The notes beneath the pieces were generated by a model, which worked only from the letters and a program-made list of their open reading frames with translations, had not been told where the DNA came from and ran no database searches. Shown piece by piece: positions 8,839 through 19,480 of a DNA stretch of 64,000 bases; the stretch's first letter is position 1, and the number at the start of each line of letters is the position of its first letter. The stretch comes from Epithemia pelagica (taxonomy: Eukaryota; Protista; Bacillariophyta): the NCBI GenBank assembly GCA_946965045.2, contig OX337228.1:3472001-3536000 (forward strand), written 5' to 3'. A program made the position numbers and the translations under genes.

Positions 8839-11049
8839 ATTCACAGGAAACAGAAAGATGGTTCCACAAAGCTGATCAAAGTTGCCTGTGCCGTATGCAA
8901 TCTATGTGGTACGGCCATTGTGACTGAGAGGCGGAGCTACTCACCACTGGACAAGCACATGAGAAGCTCTGCCCACAGTAAACTGTACTTTGCCACGGCT
9001 TCCAAGTTAGGAGTACAACTGGGCAAAAATGCACCACCTCCTCCCGAAGAAAACAAGGCCTCATCCGAGCCTTCTGCAGGAAAGTCTAAGCCTACTTCCA
9101 CTACCACTAACAAAAAGAATAACACAAAGCAGACGGAGCTGACATTTGCCAAAAAAATGAGTCCTGCAGAAACAAACAGAATGAAGGAAGCACTAACGAC
9201 TGAGTGCTTAAATGCACACGTTGAGTTTCGCATCAAAACCCTAACGCCTGTTTCAAGGATTGCGGACCCATCATTTTTCAAACTGCGAGAAAGCATTGCA
9301 AAATGTGCAATAGCTCAAGCAAACTATGAAATAGGCTCACGCATGATCAAAAACCAAACAAAGTTTCTTGCTGACGAAGGCCGGAAAAGGTTGAAGGAGC
9401 AAATGAAAGGACAAACCATTGCACTCACCACAGACCACTGGACAAGTCGGCGTGGCCACACGTACGCTAGCTTTACAGCTCAATTCATTGATGTAAACTT
9501 TGAGATGCAAAGCACTGTTCTTGCTGTGTACCAGTATCACGGCTCGACATCTGCTGACAAAATAGTCGTTGATTTCAAGAAAAAGCTCGAGGAATGGGAA
9601 ATCCCTGAATCCAATGCCAAGTTCCTTGTGACAGATACTGCTGCGAACATGAACTTGGCAGGAATCAAATTGAGTGCCGAGAGTGATCATCACGATCACA
9701 TCTATTGTCTTGATCACGTCATTCAGGTGCGTAACCTTTGTTAGTGTGTCGTCACTGTTTGGGCTTTTTCAAGATAACTAAAGTCTTTTCTCTACTGTTC
9801 GAAGTTCATTGCAAAATTAGCATTCAATGCCAAGATCTCAGGCCAGGCATTGGAAACCGTTGATGACTTACAAGATGAAGATGACAATAATGACGACAAC
9901 ACTTTGTCACTGTCTGTGATGAAGAAAATGCGACGAATAATTGCTTATTTTAATAAATCCTTACAAGCTCAAGAGCAATTGGAGAAATGCATGGAAGAGG
10001 AAAATGGTAAACGCCTGTCGCTTGTTCAAGATGTAGTAACACAATGGTGGTCAACATTGCAGTCTGTCGAACGAATGCTAGAAGTGAAGAAGAGTCTGCA
10101 AAAGTTTTTTGGTGACAACGACAGTGCAACTCTTAAGAAATGGGCATCCAAGGAAGAAGGTGGGGGTTACAAGTTACCTCTGCCACTCTCAGCTGATGAA
10201 TGGACGGCACTAGTGCAACTCACAACCCTGTTACGACCATTCAAGACAGCACAAAAACAATTGTCGGCATCACGTTATGTGACTTCTTCAATCGCAATTC
10301 CTATGATTGATTGTATTGAAGAAAATCTCAATGCACTCAAGGAAGAAGTGTACTTCAATTCAACAGTTTCATCCCTCGTGAAAGACATGAAGGCCAAGTT
10401 CCATGAACACTTTGGATCTGTTAAAAATGATTTTTTCAATGAGGTACAGAGAGGACTCCGTTGACGGCAGGTTGGACTCCACCCAGCTTTTTACAAGGCC
10501 TATGCCCTAGATCCAAGATCAAAGAAACTTGGTTGCCTTACCGACGACTGCAAGAAGAGGGTGTGGAGTGCAATATTGGTAGAACTTACAAATCTAGGAG
10601 CACCAGATCAAAATGAAGCATCAACACCTACGTTGGCATCACCAAGACAGAAGAATATGCGTCGTACAGAAGACACAGATTGGATGGATAAATTTGATGA
10701 AGATTTAGAGTCTCCCAGACTGACTTATTCAGATTCTGTTTCGTGGACGACCAAAGTAAAAATTGAGTTGCAGGAATACCAAGAAGCCATTGGACTGCCA
10801 TACAGGACACGAGACAAGGCTAAGGTCTATGACCCACTTGTGGATTGGTGGAAACAAAACTCAACCAAGTATCCAAATGTGTGGAGGTTGGCGAAGCTCT
10901 ATTTAGGTTTTCCTGCTTCGGCAAGTGACTCTGAACGTGCGTTCAGTATCGCTGGATTGATTGTGACACCCAAAGCATCTGTTATCGACCCAGGGAACGT
11001 TGACGACATGGATTTCTTGCACCAAAACTGGGACTATATCTTTCAGTGA
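8839..11049 (+). pseudogene. hAT transposase, 3' part (intron 9727-9804; in-frame TGA at 10462)
   Basis: Motifs LTTDHWTS, VTDTAAN, YCLDH, VVTQWWS and ASDSERAFS. A 78-bp GT-AG intron joins CLDHVIQ to FIAKLAF in frame. The frame continues after the TGA (RQVGLHP...ALDPR). Confidence 0.88.
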
Positions 11050-11672
11050 CAAGAACTAACTATCAACTATAAACTATGTATATTAAAGCTTCCATACCTA
11101 GTCGCTATGTATCTGATAGTGCGGAACTGCGGAACACGCTGATATTTGGACCCGCAAAGGCTGGGAACCGCGGGTAATCTACCCGCATGGATTTGAGCTC
11201 GCGGGTCCAACCTCTACGAATTCAGGCTTCAGAGGTGAGAAAGGTTTCACAGTTTCTACTTTCTACTTTCTACCCATTCCGATGGGGTACCTAGGTAGTA
11301 CCCCTACTCCTACCTACTTCGTCTTTCCTAGTCATGCCAAACCTACCTAGCTCTAGTAGGTAGAAGGATGAAGTTGATGAGACATGTTATTTGCCATTTT
11401 GACGGCAAGAGATGAATCGAAGTGGAGGAAAATGACACCCCAAATCCTCGACTGCCCATATGCATTCGAATGGTGATGCACAAAAACAAACAACCATCTT
11501 TAACCAAACTCTTCCTTCACGGCAGTATTCAATACTTGAAGGAAGCAGGCAGCAAAGCATTATACATCTCGGAGAAGACGTGAAAGTTCAGCCCTTTATG
11601 AATGAATCTGTAGACACTCAAGATCCGAGTCGCGGAAACGTAGTATCAGTCGTAAGCCCAAAAGAGAAAGGT

Positions 11673-12671
11673 CTATGCTCGGGAACGCTCCCTGAGATAA
11701 ATTTGCACACTCTTGATTTGTCGCTTCTTTCCTGTCTCCAGGGGTGGTGTTGGCGATCGAGTTGGATCTGCAGCAGATGGTTCGTTGGTGCTCTTTGACA
11801 ATTTCGAAGTCGTGCGGTACGACGACATGGAAGGATCTCGGACATTGGTCATGCTCTTTGAATTGCTCAAGGAGGAGTTGTCTTCAGCCTCAGTCGATTG
11901 TGATGATGAAACACACACCACTTCAACATCGTCCGCGGTGTATGTTGATTCACGGTCGTCTTCGATCTGTCCTAATTCCTCCTCGGTAAAGTAAAGCTTG
12001 GGAAGATCGCGAGGATCTGGGCGAGGGCATTCCTTGAGCGAAGAAATAATTGGATAGTCAAACTGAACAGCTCGTTTTCTCGCCGAAGATTGAGGTCTGG
12101 ATCGCTTTCGAAGAGCAAGCAACCCTCTATCTCGTTCCGACACCTGCGTAAAAACTGTTCCAGTTGTTTCCATCGTGCTCCATGAGGTGAGTCTTTGCAT
12201 CTGTTCTCGCTCTTCGTCGAAGTCAGCGGTTTCTGCATCGTTGAAGTCCCACAGCTCATTTTCTTCCATCAGCACTGATACCGCTCTCTGGGGTGGAACA
12301 GTCACCACCGATACACAAGCCGCAAACTTCGAGTACATACGATTCAAAACGTTTGCAGGATTTCCTTCCTCGTTATTGCTAATCATTGTCTCCTGTTGTT
12401 CGGCGAGAAAACTGTCGTCGCCATCGTATGGATCATCGTCCGCATATGGATCGTCACGAAAGTGTGTGGGCGAGTACATAGAATCAATCATATGGTTCGG
12501 CGAGTAGAATGTGCCTCTGTCCTTTCCAGCGACAGCGTGCCTTGCAGCGTTCTGGTTTCGACGAAGTATCTTCTTCTCTTGTTTCGAGCTGATGTCTTTG
12601 GGGACTCCACGGACTGGAACATCGAGCTCGGATGTATCCATTACTTCTCTCAGCACGTCAGTCGACGACAT
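11673..12671 (-). CDS. Hypothetical protein, 332 aa, with RKRAVQF...LYFTEEEL module
   Basis: ATG-initiated long ORF; shares a module of about 50 aa with 23811-24953. Confidence 0.75.
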   Translation of the reverse strand: MSSTDVLREVMDTSELDVPVRGVPKDISSKQEKKILRRNQNAARHAVAGKDRGTFYSPNHMIDSMYSPTHFRDDPYADDDPYDGDDSFLAEQQETMISNNEEGNPANVLNRMYSKFAACVSVVTVPPQRAVSVLMEENELWDFNDAETADFDEEREQMQRLTSWSTMETTGTVFTQVSERDRGLLALRKRSRPQSSARKRAVQFDYPIISSLKECPRPDPRDLPKLYFTEEELGQIEDDRESTYTADDVEVVCVSSSQSTEAEDNSSLSNSKSMTNVRDPSMSSYRTTSKLSKSTNEPSAADPTRSPTPPLETGKKRQIKSVQIYLRERSRA

Positions 12672-13164
12672 GGTGGCACCAAAGTAATCTGCAAGAGAAA
12701 CGATACCGAGAGCTTGTGATTGCTGAGCAACAGGTTTAATCTATCGCGTTGTATTGTTTGGCATCGGATTTGCGGACAGGAGGGAACTCTTGCCTTTTCG
12801 GCGACCGGGGAGAAGTGCGCTCTCTTCGTTTCGAAAGTGTTTTGTATGTGTTCAGATCGTCCACCATGAATTTTTAGACCTCCCAATATTTGAGGGGCTG
12901 TAATAAAATTGTCCTTTGGTCATGGTATTGATAAGCCCTACAAGCCGAAAAGCGATCGCGTATAGTCGTATGGAATAAGATCTACAAGTAAATATAATAT
13001 TATTTAAGAGCCCGCCACAAAAGTCTCGCTGCATGCGCGCACGAACCTTTGTCAACTCTACTCCTAGCCATCTATATCTACCCCTTTGAGCTAGAGAAAT
13101 GCCGATATGGACGTACTCCTAGCTACATCTGCCTACCCCGACTTCTATGTTTGAGATCAAAGTT

Positions 13165-16100
13165 TCAATTTCCCATTCTTCTCCTTTCACGAAGGTCCCG
13201 AGTGCGCTTCCACAAAACACGAAGAAGAAGACTCGCCATCTGCTCTGTTGCGTCAATGTGTTGTTCCAGTCCTTCAAATCCATGATCGTCGATATTCCTT
13301 GTGTGCATGGGCATCTCTCGGACTATCAGGGAAAGATCAAGGGCAAGATCTTCCAATTTCTCCCTCGATTCATCGCGTGAGAGGCCGCCCTGTTCCAAAA
13401 GTTCACGGTATCCCTCATCATTCCGTGACAAGTCTTGTCTCAGGCTCACAATTCTTGTCGTCAGGTGTTCGTTTCTTTCACGTAGCTCTTTATTTTCAGC
13501 CCTGAGGGCATTGGCCATTGTCTGTTCGTCGCAATGAAGCTGCGCAATTGGTTTAAGACGTTTCATTGTTTCGTCTGACATCCTCTTCATTGCTTGTTGA
13601 AGTGCTTCAGTAGTTGTCTGCAATTGCTCTTTCGCGACGCGCTCTTGCTCGCACCTGCGCTCGACTTCCTCTTGAGACACTTGAAGATTCCTAACAGCCA
13701 CCGCAAGCTCTGTGACGTCTCCTGCACGTTCCTCTAATTGCTCAGAGAGGGCTCTCACTTCACTTTCGCGAGATTCAAGAAGATCATTTTTCACTTTGAG
13801 TTCATCTTGTAGATCCATGTGTACATCAACAGCTTCTTGTCGTAGTCTTTTGTTCTCTTCCTCTAGTTCGCTGATACGCCGTTCAGAGATTTCAAGTTTC
13901 GGAACAGAATCACTCAACTCCTCTCTCGCAACAACGAGATTCCTTTCACTTTCTTCCATAAGCTTCTCAGCTTCAGAACGCGCTTCAAGAGCTTGCGCCA
14001 CTTCATTCCGGGCTTGAACGAGCTCCTCCTTAAGTTCCGCAATTCGACGTTGATCTTGGACATGTGACTGCGCATGTTGCTTGTTCTTCGATTCATAGTT
14101 GCTAAGGCTTGTTTGTAATTCTGTTATCAGATGCTCCTGTTTCGTGATCTCCTCCTTATGGTTTTCCAAATCAGCGTGCACGAGTCGTAAGGATTCTGAA
14201 AGCTGTTGGTTCACCAAGTCCTTCATATCACTTTCTGCTTGAACGCTGTGCAGCTCTTCCTCCCGTTCCTTTAAAGAACTCACAAGCTGCTCTTTTCCAG
14301 CCACAGCCTCTTCGGCAATTTGGTGAAACTCCTGTTGCTCGGCAGTTAGCTTGGCCACTTTTGTGCGAAGTTCTTGCAGCTCATTTTGCGTTGCTGTCAA
14401 ATCCCGCATATGCTCACGGGCAAGTCGCTCAATCCGTGAACGAAGGGTGTCTCGCTCAGCAGTAATTCGTTTAACAACACTTACTTCGGATTCTTTTAGA
14501 GCCCACAGATGATTTGAAATGGCCTCAGCATTCGCTCTTTGGGTCCGATTCAACCGCACATAGGTAGCCTCAATTTCACCCATTTGAGACACTGTATCGT
14601 TATCACTGTTTTCGTCAACAATTGAAGGTGGCCCGGCGGATTCAGCAACCTTCTTTTTCTGACTATGGGATGATGACTTGACAGGGGAATGTGTCTTCAT
14701 TTTCCCTTCACCCCTTTGTGCCCTCTCTCTGATTTCATGTGATAAATCATCCAAAGCTTGATCATCGGACATACTCGGTACCATCCTGTTCCGAAGCTCC
14801 GCAGATAGATCGTCCATTGCGCGTTCTTCCTCGTCAAGTAGAGCTTGCTGGTCAATTCTCTGTTTATTCGTATGTTTGCCTTCGATAGAGTTATTTGTGG
14901 GATTATCTTTGCGAGGTGGGCGATGTCTGCTAGCAAGAATGTTCTGAGTCCCCTGAATCAAGTCAGCAGCGCCATTGTCGCCAGTGTCAGTTGTGATTGG
15001 GCTCGGGTATTGATCTGGCATGATGTCTCCTGAGGCGAAGGACTTATGATCCATCGCGCTTAAGGTAGAACTTGTATCGGCAACAGCAGACCCTGCCCTC
15101 TGCTTTGGGCGATACGACAAGTTTCGTACTTGAGGAGTGGGAAGCGAAGACATTGGCAGATCTCTGCGCGGTGAAGGTATACGAGTGGAGTAAGTACTGG
15201 TCGAATGTTTCCGCATATGTGTTGTTTTCAATTCATAAAAGGTGCCAGGATCAATCTCTTCATACTGGTGCTGGTCACCAGTTGTTGTGGTTGGTGCCGT
15301 TGCCTCTGATGCCTCCGTCATGTGACTCGACAAGTACAGAACATTACGTGGTGGTGGATTTGGCTGAAATCCAGCTTTACTAAGACGCTGTCGAGCATCA
15401 CTGGTGAGAGTTTTAAGCAGCGATGGATGATACTTTTCATCAATTTCTGATAAGCTGATGTGTTCTGACTGTTCTGAACCAGCGGACCCAGGCGAAGACG
15501 GAGCCGCATTTTCTACAAGCGGCTTGGCCAATGTGTCAAATGGAGACTTGGGTGGATCGCCGGGTCTTTCAAGGAGTTTATGAGAGAAACGAAGATATTC
15601 CATTGATTTTTCGTATTGGTCTATCATGGGTGAAACCGAGGTCAAAAGAATCGTCCTGCCATCCTGATGGTCGATTGATTTCTGCAAAAATTGAGTAAGA
15701 AGTGATTCACGAAAGGAAAGAGTTACATGATTCCCAGCTTGCCGCAGCAGACATGCTCTAAGGGTGGCCCCCAAGGCCGTAACACTTTTCCTCACAGAAG
15801 CATTCCTCATGGTCTCGGCGGTTGACAATTCCGCTCCTGTTTGACTGTTTGATGTGGGCGTTGCAAGGTCAACAAAGTGGGCAACAGGGACTTTGGTCGT
15901 TGAACCAAATTCATCTGGGCTTCGATAAAAGTAGAGTGTAGCAACAATATGTCCCCGCTTTGTTGCTCGTCCCTTGAAGTCGGCAACCGTGAATGCTCGT
16001 CGAAAATGATGTCCCAACGATTTGAGCGAGTCAACCTCGTGAATTCCGAGGCCGGCGATGACACCACCAGAGCTTTCCCCATCGTACACAAGCTTCAAGG

Positions 16101-17556
16101 TTGAAGCTGCTTCCTTGTTACCAGTCTTACTAGAAGAGATACCACGGTTGGACCACTTTTCGGTCAAATCATAAAAAGCATCACCGGCAATCTCCATCAT
16201 GGACAGCCCAATCACACATTGGTCGCCACTCTTTTCTTCGTTCTGGGTTTTGAACCTGATCATGTCAAGCAGTGTGAGTCCAACTAGTCCATACCGATCG
16301 GCAATCAAGTCAAGCTGTTCCACATCTGGGCCAGTGGAATCGGACGGCGTGGCCGTTTGTGGTTGCGAAAAGGATCGTGCGACAGAATCCGTGGTACTGG
16401 TTCCAAATATGGTCAATTTCTTGTCTTGGTGACCATAAGCAAAGACTGTGCGATGGGCAATGGATGATGGTGCAGTTAGGTCTTGTGAAATGGCCCTCGC
16501 GAGACGGTGAAACCCAAGCAGTGATGTGGAGGGCCAAAGTACTTTGCTGAAGCGATATTCTCGAGCCCAATCCTCCGACGAAACTCCTCTCCCCACAGTT
16601 TTTCTAAGAAGTTCCATAGAAACCTTATTTGGCACATTCTCGCCAAAGGCCCGTGGATTTATGACAATCATTTTGCGAGACTCGTCTGTTGCCGCCATGA
16701 CAATCGAGGTGGGTGAGGAAGGAGGTTGAGAGGCTTTTTCTTGCGATGAGCTCATGAAAGCTGCCATTGGGAAGACACACGGTAAACGTCCTTCTTGCTC
16801 TTCTTGTGAACTTTTGGCGGGAGGATCACGAACATGAACGAGAACCGACACAATGCGTTCCTCACTAAGCGAATAGGCTCGGTCTGATGGATATGCCAGG
16901 ACAGCAGGATCATTTTGTCCAAATTCCTCCGGAATGACGTTGACATTCTTCGAGAACGATGACCGGGAGGAAGCGCTGTGCAAAATACCTTGGTCGCTAA
17001 CAGGTTTTTTCATATGCTGATCCAGGTTTCCATTCTGTCTACGACCGTTGCTCCGACGAACGTCCGGTGAAAAGGGTGAAACAGTTCGAGGAGGAGAATT
17101 TCCCCGCGTACCATCATCCAAAGATTGGATGTTGCTAGAAGTGTTGGTGGTTCGAGGAGGAGATGTTATTTCTCGTCGGCTGTTGTTTCCGCCGTGTGTG
17201 GGTCGTTGTTTTCCTGATGATGAGGACGATGTTGGCGGCAATGGTCGGCTGGAAGATTGGGTGTTGTAACGATTGGGATCCTTCCTTTGCTCACCTGGTC
17301 CTTCTTCATCGTGATCTGATTCTTCGTCGTCGTCCAAGCTGTCAATCATCAACAGTTCATTGCGACCATGCTCGTTCATGTGTTCGTCGTGAGCCAATGG
17401 CATGTGCTCTTCTTCACCCGTAATGTCCGACATGTAATCACGAAAGGATCCAATCGGTGGTTCGTAGCGAGATCCAGGAGGTGATTGCCACTCTTCCACA
17501 ACTGCGGCTGCGGTAGCTTTCGATACGACTTTTCGTCCTACACCTCCTCCAATCAT
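13165..17556 (-). CDS. Kinesin-like protein with degenerate motor domain and long C-terminal coiled coil (about 1460 aa)
   Basis: Kinesin-like segments in the expected order: YRFSKV, TVFAYG, LSMMEI..D.FYDL, HFVDLA, KSVTALG, FRESLLTQFL, TILLTSVSP. The C-terminal ~400 aa is heptad-rich. First ATG taken at 17556. Confidence 0.75.
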   Translation of the reverse strand: MIGGGVGRKVVSKATAAAVVEEWQSPPGSRYEPPIGSFRDYMSDITGEEEHMPLAHDEHMNEHGRNELLMIDSLDDDEESDHDEEGPGEQRKDPNRYNTQSSSRPLPPTSSSSSGKQRPTHGGNNSRREITSPPRTTNTSSNIQSLDDGTRGNSPPRTVSPFSPDVRRSNGRRQNGNLDQHMKKPVSDQGILHSASSRSSFSKNVNVIPEEFGQNDPAVLAYPSDRAYSLSEERIVSVLVHVRDPPAKSSQEEQEGRLPCVFPMAAFMSSSQEKASQPPSSPTSIVMAATDESRKMIVINPRAFGENVPNKVSMELLRKTVGRGVSSEDWAREYRFSKVLWPSTSLLGFHRLARAISQDLTAPSSIAHRTVFAYGHQDKKLTIFGTSTTDSVARSFSQPQTATPSDSTGPDVEQLDLIADRYGLVGLTLLDMIRFKTQNEEKSGDQCVIGLSMMEIAGDAFYDLTEKWSNRGISSSKTGNKEAASTLKLVYDGESSGGVIAGLGIHEVDSLKSLGHHFRRAFTVADFKGRATKRGHIVATLYFYRSPDEFGSTTKVPVAHFVDLATPTSNSQTGAELSTAETMRNASVRKSVTALGATLRACLLRQAGNHVTLSFRESLLTQFLQKSIDHQDGRTILLTSVSPMIDQYEKSMEYLRFSHKLLERPGDPPKSPFDTLAKPLVENAAPSSPGSAGSEQSEHISLSEIDEKYHPSLLKTLTSDARQRLSKAGFQPNPPPRNVLYLSSHMTEASEATAPTTTTGDQHQYEEIDPGTFYELKTTHMRKHSTSTYSTRIPSPRRDLPMSSLPTPQVRNLSYRPKQRAGSAVADTSSTLSAMDHKSFASGDIMPDQYPSPITTDTGDNGAADLIQGTQNILASRHRPPRKDNPTNNSIEGKHTNKQRIDQQALLDEEERAMDDLSAELRNRMVPSMSDDQALDDLSHEIRERAQRGEGKMKTHSPVKSSSHSQKKKVAESAGPPSIVDENSDNDTVSQMGEIEATYVRLNRTQRANAEAISNHLWALKESEVSVVKRITAERDTLRSRIERLAREHMRDLTATQNELQELRTKVAKLTAEQQEFHQIAEEAVAGKEQLVSSLKEREEELHSVQAESDMKDLVNQQLSESLRLVHADLENHKEEITKQEHLITELQTSLSNYESKNKQHAQSHVQDQRRIAELKEELVQARNEVAQALEARSEAEKLMEESERNLVVAREELSDSVPKLEISERRISELEEENKRLRQEAVDVHMDLQDELKVKNDLLESRESEVRALSEQLEERAGDVTELAVAVRNLQVSQEEVERRCEQERVAKEQLQTTTEALQQAMKRMSDETMKRLKPIAQLHCDEQTMANALRAENKELRERNEHLTTRIVSLRQDLSRNDEGYRELLEQGGLSRDESREKLEDLALDLSLIVREMPMHTRNIDDHGFEGLEQHIDATEQMASLLLRVLWKRTRDLRERRRMGN

Positions 17557-18061
17557 TCTCTTGCGCAATACTAAATCGCAATCTCTGCCTCCTCCGTGCC
17601 GTGGTGGAAGCAACACACAAACTCAGAAAAAAATTGAGCTTGTGCGTGCCAAAACAACGTGCAGGTGGGCCAGAATATTTCGGGGGACAGGCTCGCTCCG
17701 ATGCACCTGTTGTGCGCGCATTTTGCAGTACAGACACAGAACTCAAACGCAAATCCCCGTTGATGGATGGCGCCCGGACGATTTTCAAAACCAAACCCCA
17801 AATCTTCGCTCTGCCTGCGCGTGATTGTTGTAAGGACCCCATCGCGCAGGACTGGATGAACGCCGGCCTTTGCCCTTTTGATTGCGGCGCGAGAATCGCA
17901 TGACGGAGCTACGCAAGATGGAAGGCTAGAGGCCAAACTCCAAAGAATGTCGTGTGTTATTAGGAGTAGAGATTATTCGAGTGGCGACAAAGTCCCGACC
18001 ATGCGACCTCTCCGGGGTTCCGTTATTCTTGTTCCCGCGCCTTGTATTGCCTTGATGAGAG

Positions 18062-19480
18062 ATGAGCTCGCTGCCACACAATACCAATAAAAGGGATAAT
18101 GGTGAAACAAATTCGACATTGCAAATGCTGACGATGGATCTCGCTGGAGATGATCGAGTGCTGAGGGCACCCTCGAGCAACAGCCGCGATGGATTATTGC
18201 GACCGTCACAATCGAATACCAGAACGACAGACTCTGGAATCAACGGTCCACTGGAAACTCCAGAAACTGCCCCTCCTACTGCTTCTAGTTGGCTTCCTCG
18301 TCGAGTACTGGGAAGAGTTTTTGGCACTCAAAGAAAGGTTGATCGTGAAACCGCATTGGACGCCGCGACATCAACAACCACGCTGTCGAGCTCCATCTTG
18401 CCCGAATCAAGTCTTGATAATACAACCGACTGCGAGGAACCACCCGAGGGATACAAATCCTTGGACGAGGAAAAGAAGTCCAACTATGAACGTCCTAAGC
18501 ATGACCATCGACTCAGCGATCCATTGGCTTCACCCGAAGCAGTACAAGATCAACTGTTGCCACGGTCAACCTTCGGTGGGAGATCTTCTCCCACGAGACC
18601 TACCTTCCGTCGGTCATTTCTGGATGGGTTGGGAAACTCTGGTGCTGCAAGTACAGAGGAGTTCGGCTCGACGAACGTGACGGAAGACGCATTGCGCAGC
18701 GATTGCTCTCTCTTTTTCCGATCGGACGACGAGACCAATGGGAACTCAGATGCTTTAGGTGGACGAAATGATCGTTCGCATTCAGCTAGAAAGAGTCGTC
18801 GAGGGTTTCGAACCTTGCGTCAGCATGAGCATCAACATGCTTTTTCCTACAAAGATGCCGTGGACGTTCTTGCGCCGACCTTTCTTAATCAATACAAAAC
18901 ACGATATGAACAGTTAAACCAAGACATGGTGCCACTAAAACAGGATGATGGACTGCATTCCTTGTTGTTGGAGGAAGGTGAATGCACTGTCACTACGGCA
19001 TGTTCGAACAACCGTGCTGGCATTGTTCGAACCGACACTGCAATACATTCATCCTTGTTTTATCAACATCATGGAAGGCTACTCATGCGTTTGCCCATGG
19101 ACCAAGTGAGATTGTTCATGGATCCGGACTTGGAACCAGGTGTATTGTCGGTGGAACAGTGTAGACCACCTGAGTCGGACGAACAACACATCCATCCAGA
19201 CAGAGGCTCGATCTCCACCAAAGAAGTGGCAGGAACTGCAAAACTAGAAGCAACCGCATCGGCAGACCTTCCTCGCCTACGCTACGTCCTCACCGTCCAT
19301 GGGGACTTGTACCAACGAATTGTTTCCGAGATGAGTGATGGACTGACGAAACCATATTGTGGGCTTAGTCGGTGTTGTCATGACAATGAAAAGGTGGACA
19401 TTCGCATTGCCATTGCTATTTTGACCGTTATGCTCCTGATCCTTTTTATCAATGTCTTTTTCTGGGGAGCAACCAGCTAG
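18062..19480 (+). CDS. Hypothetical protein, 472 aa, probable C-terminal (tail) membrane anchor
   Basis: Long ORF; hydrophobic IAIAILTVMLLILFINVFFW at the extreme C-terminus; disordered N-terminal half. Confidence 0.75.
   Translation: MSSLPHNTNKRDNGETNSTLQMLTMDLAGDDRVLRAPSSNSRDGLLRPSQSNTRTTDSGINGPLETPETAPPTASSWLPRRVLGRVFGTQRKVDRETALDAATSTTTLSSSILPESSLDNTTDCEEPPEGYKSLDEEKKSNYERPKHDHRLSDPLASPEAVQDQLLPRSTFGGRSSPTRPTFRRSFLDGLGNSGAASTEEFGSTNVTEDALRSDCSLFFRSDDETNGNSDALGGRNDRSHSARKSRRGFRTLRQHEHQHAFSYKDAVDVLAPTFLNQYKTRYEQLNQDMVPLKQDDGLHSLLLEEGECTVTTACSNNRAGIVRTDTAIHSSLFYQHHGRLLMRLPMDQVRLFMDPDLEPGVLSVEQCRPPESDEQHIHPDRGSISTKEVAGTAKLEATASADLPRLRYVLTVHGDLYQRIVSEMSDGLTKPYCGLSRCCHDNEKVDIRIAIAILTVMLLILFINVFFWGATS

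Larger units (their letters stand above)
1..11216 (+). mobile_element. hAT DNA transposon (left end outside window), interrupted by copia E1
   Basis: BED finger, hAT catalytic core and C-terminal dimerisation motif (WWKQNSTKYPNVWRLAKLYLGFPASASDSERAFSIAG). Candidate right TIR GCGGGTCCAACCTCTA at 11201-11216 (reverse complement starts TAGAGG, a hAT-like terminus), with subterminal CCCGC/GCGG repeats at 11120-11210. The end position is tentative because the left TIR and TSD are not visible. Confidence 0.8.

Noticed and set aside
8617-9744. 375-aa LTR-transposase chimeric ORF as a new gene
   Set aside because: A TTG-started chance in-frame fusion of the LTR with the interrupted hAT gene; the downstream part has a stop at 10462.
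17561-18327. Several overlapping 70-134 aa ORFs between the kinesin-like and tail-anchored genes, and antisense ORFs over long genes throughout
   Set aside because: No motifs; consistent with a divergent promoter region and shadow frames.
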